From Octopus sinensis (taxonomy: Eukaryota), in assembly GCF_006345805.1 (NCBI RefSeq), contig NC_043009.1, positions 18,724,001 through 18,788,000 of the forward strand: DNA of 64,000 nt. Direction: 5' to 3'. A program made the translations under genes and the position numbers. The notes beneath the pieces are model-generated. The model did no database searches. It saw only the letters and a program-made list of their open reading frames with translations, and was not told where the DNA came from. Within the stretch, counting starts at the first letter, position 1. Each line of letters begins with the position of its first letter. Shown here in pieces: positions 60,449 through 64,000 of this stretch.

Positions 60449-60494
60449 CCATTATCACTTGACTAGATAGAGATCCCCACCATACGACTATAAC

Positions 60495-60650
60495 CAGAGG
60501 TGGGCACCGTTAATCGAAAATTTAACTTCGTTATTTAATCCGTCAACCAAAAAGTTAACTTCGTTAATCGTTAATCTGTTAATTCTTTGAAAATGTAACG
60601 GAAGTTAACGTTAATCCATTAATGTTAACTTTTATTGAAAAGGCATAACT
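60495..60650 (+). mobile_element. Probable DNA-transposon/MITE end
   Basis: CAGAGGTGGGCA start followed by repeated AAGTTAAC(T/G)T(C)GTTAATC subterminal motifs; opposite end not found. Confidence 0.4.
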
Positions 60651-62759
60651 ACAGTTTAATACCCCACTCACTTTGTTGCTTTATAACTTCCAGAAAAACG
60701 ATACTTATTAACGAAACGTTCAATAAATAGTTGCTTATATCCTGTAAATTAAGAGTATGTAAAGATTTGTTGGAAAAAATTTCCGAGGGGTTGGGGAGAG
60801 GAGTTTCGGAAAATTCACCAGGACCCGACATTTCCCCACCTCATAACTTTCTGGAAAATAGGTATTTTTTAATGAAATTTTATACAAATACCTTCTAAAC
60901 GGTGTAGAATTTTGTAGGCAGAATTTTTGGTGGGGGGAGTTTATGGAGTTTCGGATCAGATGGCCCACATAAACTGGACGGGGATTTTTTTTTCAAAGTT
61001 TTTCACCAAAGTCTTCAGAATGAAGGGAAACATCTTTTCACGAAAAAAAATCTTAAAATTTTTTTCTCACTCCCGCAACCAACTTACCACCTCAGTCCGA
61101 AACGATTTTGGCCACTTTTTTTTTTCAGTACGCAGTTAAAACCCGTGAGAGAAACATAAAAAAAATTGTTAATATTTTCAGAGGAAAATGTGCAATTTAA
61201 GGGAGATTTGACTGTTGTTTCTAGCACATTCCAAAACCTCCTTTCTCGTTTCTTTCTCATTCACACTTCTATTGATATTTTTCAATATTTTTCTTCCCAT
61301 AAACAAATTTTCTGGAATGATGGTATCAAAGTAACATAGTGTAGTCCCATCCAAGCGAGGCCGTGTTATGTGTGCGTGTAAGATAAAAAAAACCCACCTA
61401 AAAACATCTTTAGTGTTCATATTAATCTGTCAAATGTAATGCTTATTTTGTTCACATTATTTTGAATTATTCAGGTTCAAGAGGGGTGTCCACAATATTT
61501 ACTTGTAACTTGGTAAATTTTTTACATACTTGCCAGTGGTTAATAGTTATGTAATTTTAGCTGATCCCGCTGAGTAAATTTGACTTTTATGGGCAGATGA
61601 ATTTAATTAACAGGTGTAAAAGCAATAACATTATGGATAAACACTAAAATTGAAATTCTTAATGCATTTTACCTGTTTGATTTGTAACTAAAATTATCTC
61701 AGGTCGCAACCGACAAAAAGTTTGCAACTTTTCCAGATGAAGCACATCAATTTGAATTAATTAAAATACAGATATAATCGGTACAAGATATTTTCTTTCA
61801 GTAAATACTTCTTACCTCGGTGTGGAATAATTTTTTTCCACAGTTTTTTCGAGTGCAATCAACGTATCTGACCTCCAAACCCACCGCAAACCACGTTTTT
61901 CCGGAAAAGAAAGGTGGGAGTTTTATTTCATGAGTCTTTTTTCCCTTTCCAGTCTATTTTGCATGCTTTCAACGAATGTGACATCGAAATCACGCATAAG
62001 CGCTTCCTTTTCCAGAAAAGGAAAGATTTGGCTGTTATTTCTAACATGCCCTGCTACCATGTAACAGCTGCTTGCGTTCACACAGAAATATTTACCAACG
62101 TTTTTCCTTCCATTTATTTTTTCCACTTTATGGAAGTCAATATTTTCTCCGTTGACATTCACGTCAGCGAGTTCACGGATCAAGTGGAAACATCAATCAC
62201 TGTTCCCTTTTGATAGGAGAAAGAGATTTTCCGCTATCTTTGCAAGCAATAAGTGGGTGGATTTGGTTTCAAATCCAGGCAGGACCGAACGAGGTCCTAC
62301 AAGTTATTTATAATAATAATTGGCGTTATATCAGGGTTGAAAGAATGATGCGTACAATATTAAATATGCTACCGGTTTTTCGGAAATTTAGGGTTAAAAT
62401 CTTCTTAAAATCTTCACTTCGCTCTCACTACAACCATCATTCCCTTTTACAGCCACTGTGTTATCATTGAAGCTATAACCCCAATCACTATTCACAACTA
62501 TGATAACGACATTGCAGTTACTTTTGTAACGAACTTCGTGTGTGTGAATATCTATTCTTGTACTTTCGGGGTACAAGAAAGCAATCACTCACTAGCCGTT
62601 GCTTTAATAATCCAGAATCTCTACCCGTCAGAAACAACAAGACGCAGACGTAAAATATATATATACTACTTTATTCTCTTTCTTGGTAACAATAACAATA
62701 AGTGTGTTATCTGATGTCCTTGGTTCTGGGCGCGCAAGGCTGAAAGTTAATCGATTGTA

Positions 62760-63200
62760 ATATTTACAATGTTCAGCCGCCCAAAACAGAAACGGATTCA
62801 AGATGGCGTCGAACAATGGAGACGATGTTGGTCTGCAACAATTTTGGTTAAAGGCCTTTGGTAAGGACTGCTAGAATCAGTTCGAACGGAGAGAAAATAT
62901 TAACGTCCTGCTCCTTAGGTCGCTGCTGTCCCAAGTCGCCGCTGCTGCTGCTAGCGGTCAAACGTTCTACGATCCCCCTGCCTTGGTCAGGATCGTGCTT
63001 CCGGTGGTTCGCGCATGCGCGAGAGGGCCCTTCCTTTCTCTGCCTTGGTAAAGGCACCAACACGCGCGAAATACAAATGGACGGTGCGCGAGCGCGCGCC
63101 GTTATAGGGTCACTACAAGGCTCCCCTCCAGTGCGTACGCACGAAAGGAAACTTATTGTAGTGACTGCAAAACTTAAGGTGGACACCAGATAACCAAATA
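62760..63200. promoter_or_regulatory. CpG-rich promoter-like region
   Basis: CAAGATGGCG (YY1-like) 62799-62808, CTTCCGG (ETS-like) 62998-63004, CGCGCATGCGCG (NRF1-like palindrome) 63010-63021, further GCGCGC runs. Confidence 0.5.
62803..62860 (+). CDS. Candidate first coding exon of a host gene continuing beyond the window
   Basis: ATG in AAGATGGCG context, MASNNGDDVGLQQFWLKAF, phase-1 donor G|GTAAGG at 62861. Confidence 0.4.
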
Positions 63201-64000
63201 GCACACAATAATATAATGGCAAAATTTATAACATACACAAGAAATTTACTAAAGGAAAAAGAGAAAAAATACTCAATGAGCAAAAATCAAGAGTGCATGC
63301 ATGAAAGTGTATACGTCACAAAGTATAAAGCCTTCCGCTGTAAGGAGCGGAGGGAAAGCAAAACTCACAGTTAATGAACCTAAACGAAATTAAAATCCAA
63401 CTTCTCTAAAGGTGGTTGATCCTGCAAAATAGCAGTTAAATCAATTGCTGCAGGAGAGGAAATGGAATTGGCAGAAACTCGCTAGTAACACAAAAGGCAA
63501 AAGTGCAAACATGCTGGTGTGATGCGCGACACAGATAATTTTCTGTTAATTACGTGACCAACAGTGGTCTAACAGGGAAAATAATTACGCCTAAACATGG
63601 CGCAGCGCATGTGAACATCCGACGTCCTATGAGTCGGGAAAAACTAAGCTACTGCAAACGTGTTGCAAAAAACAAGGCAAGTACACGTGCGGAGCAAGAG
63701 GCGCATGAAATGCAATAGAGCTTGCCAGACCGAAAAACAGCAAATGAATATGCCAGTGGTTAAGCGATTATATGCCTCGTTCGTACAGGAACAAATGTAT
63801 GACATGCTGGCGCGTTATAATGGACAAACAACCCTCTCTATGTATACGTGACCGACCTAGGGTCTATAGAAATGAGGGGTGTCCACAAAAGGCAAATTCA
63901 GCATGGAAAAAAAAACAAGCGAGAAAAGCATGTGTGACGTATGTATGTGAGAGATAGCATTTATGTGTGTGTACGTGTGTGCGACAAAATACATACAAGG

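Noticed and set aside
62848-63222. 124-aa and 111-aa overlapping ORFs on opposite strands
   Set aside because: Open frames are expected in GC-rich promoter-like DNA; no recognisable protein features

Overview
AT-rich, microsatellite-dense eukaryotic DNA, most likely a coleoid cephalopod such as Octopus (inferred from the tRNA-derived SINE families and repeat landscape, not verified). No complete host gene is visible and most ORF-track entries are microsatellite or antisense artefacts. Mobile elements dominate: a decayed autonomous Helitron with an intact 3' hairpin-CTAG end (17.45-22.1 kb), two non-autonomous Helitrons, a compact 4.1-kb Ty3/Gypsy element with both LTRs and a 5-bp TSD nested in an older Gypsy, a full-length RTE LINE with an 11-bp TSD broken only by single-base indels, many RTE, R4/Dong and CRE fragments, two solo LTRs, three SINE families, and a Penelope-like element (PLE; RT thumb + GIY-YIG) flanked by 567-bp inverted pseudo-LTRs. 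The most notable signal is about eight minimal type I hammerhead-ribozyme motifs in PLE-type terminal repeats. One is a non-canonical variant with a compensatory G3:C8 core swap and an extra core nucleotide, embedded in a 119-bp fold-back palindrome. Weaker host-gene signals are a signal-peptide exon on the minus strand (43.7 kb) and a CpG-rich promoter-like region with a possible first coding exon (62.8 kb). All calls were read by eye; no database search or folding program was run.
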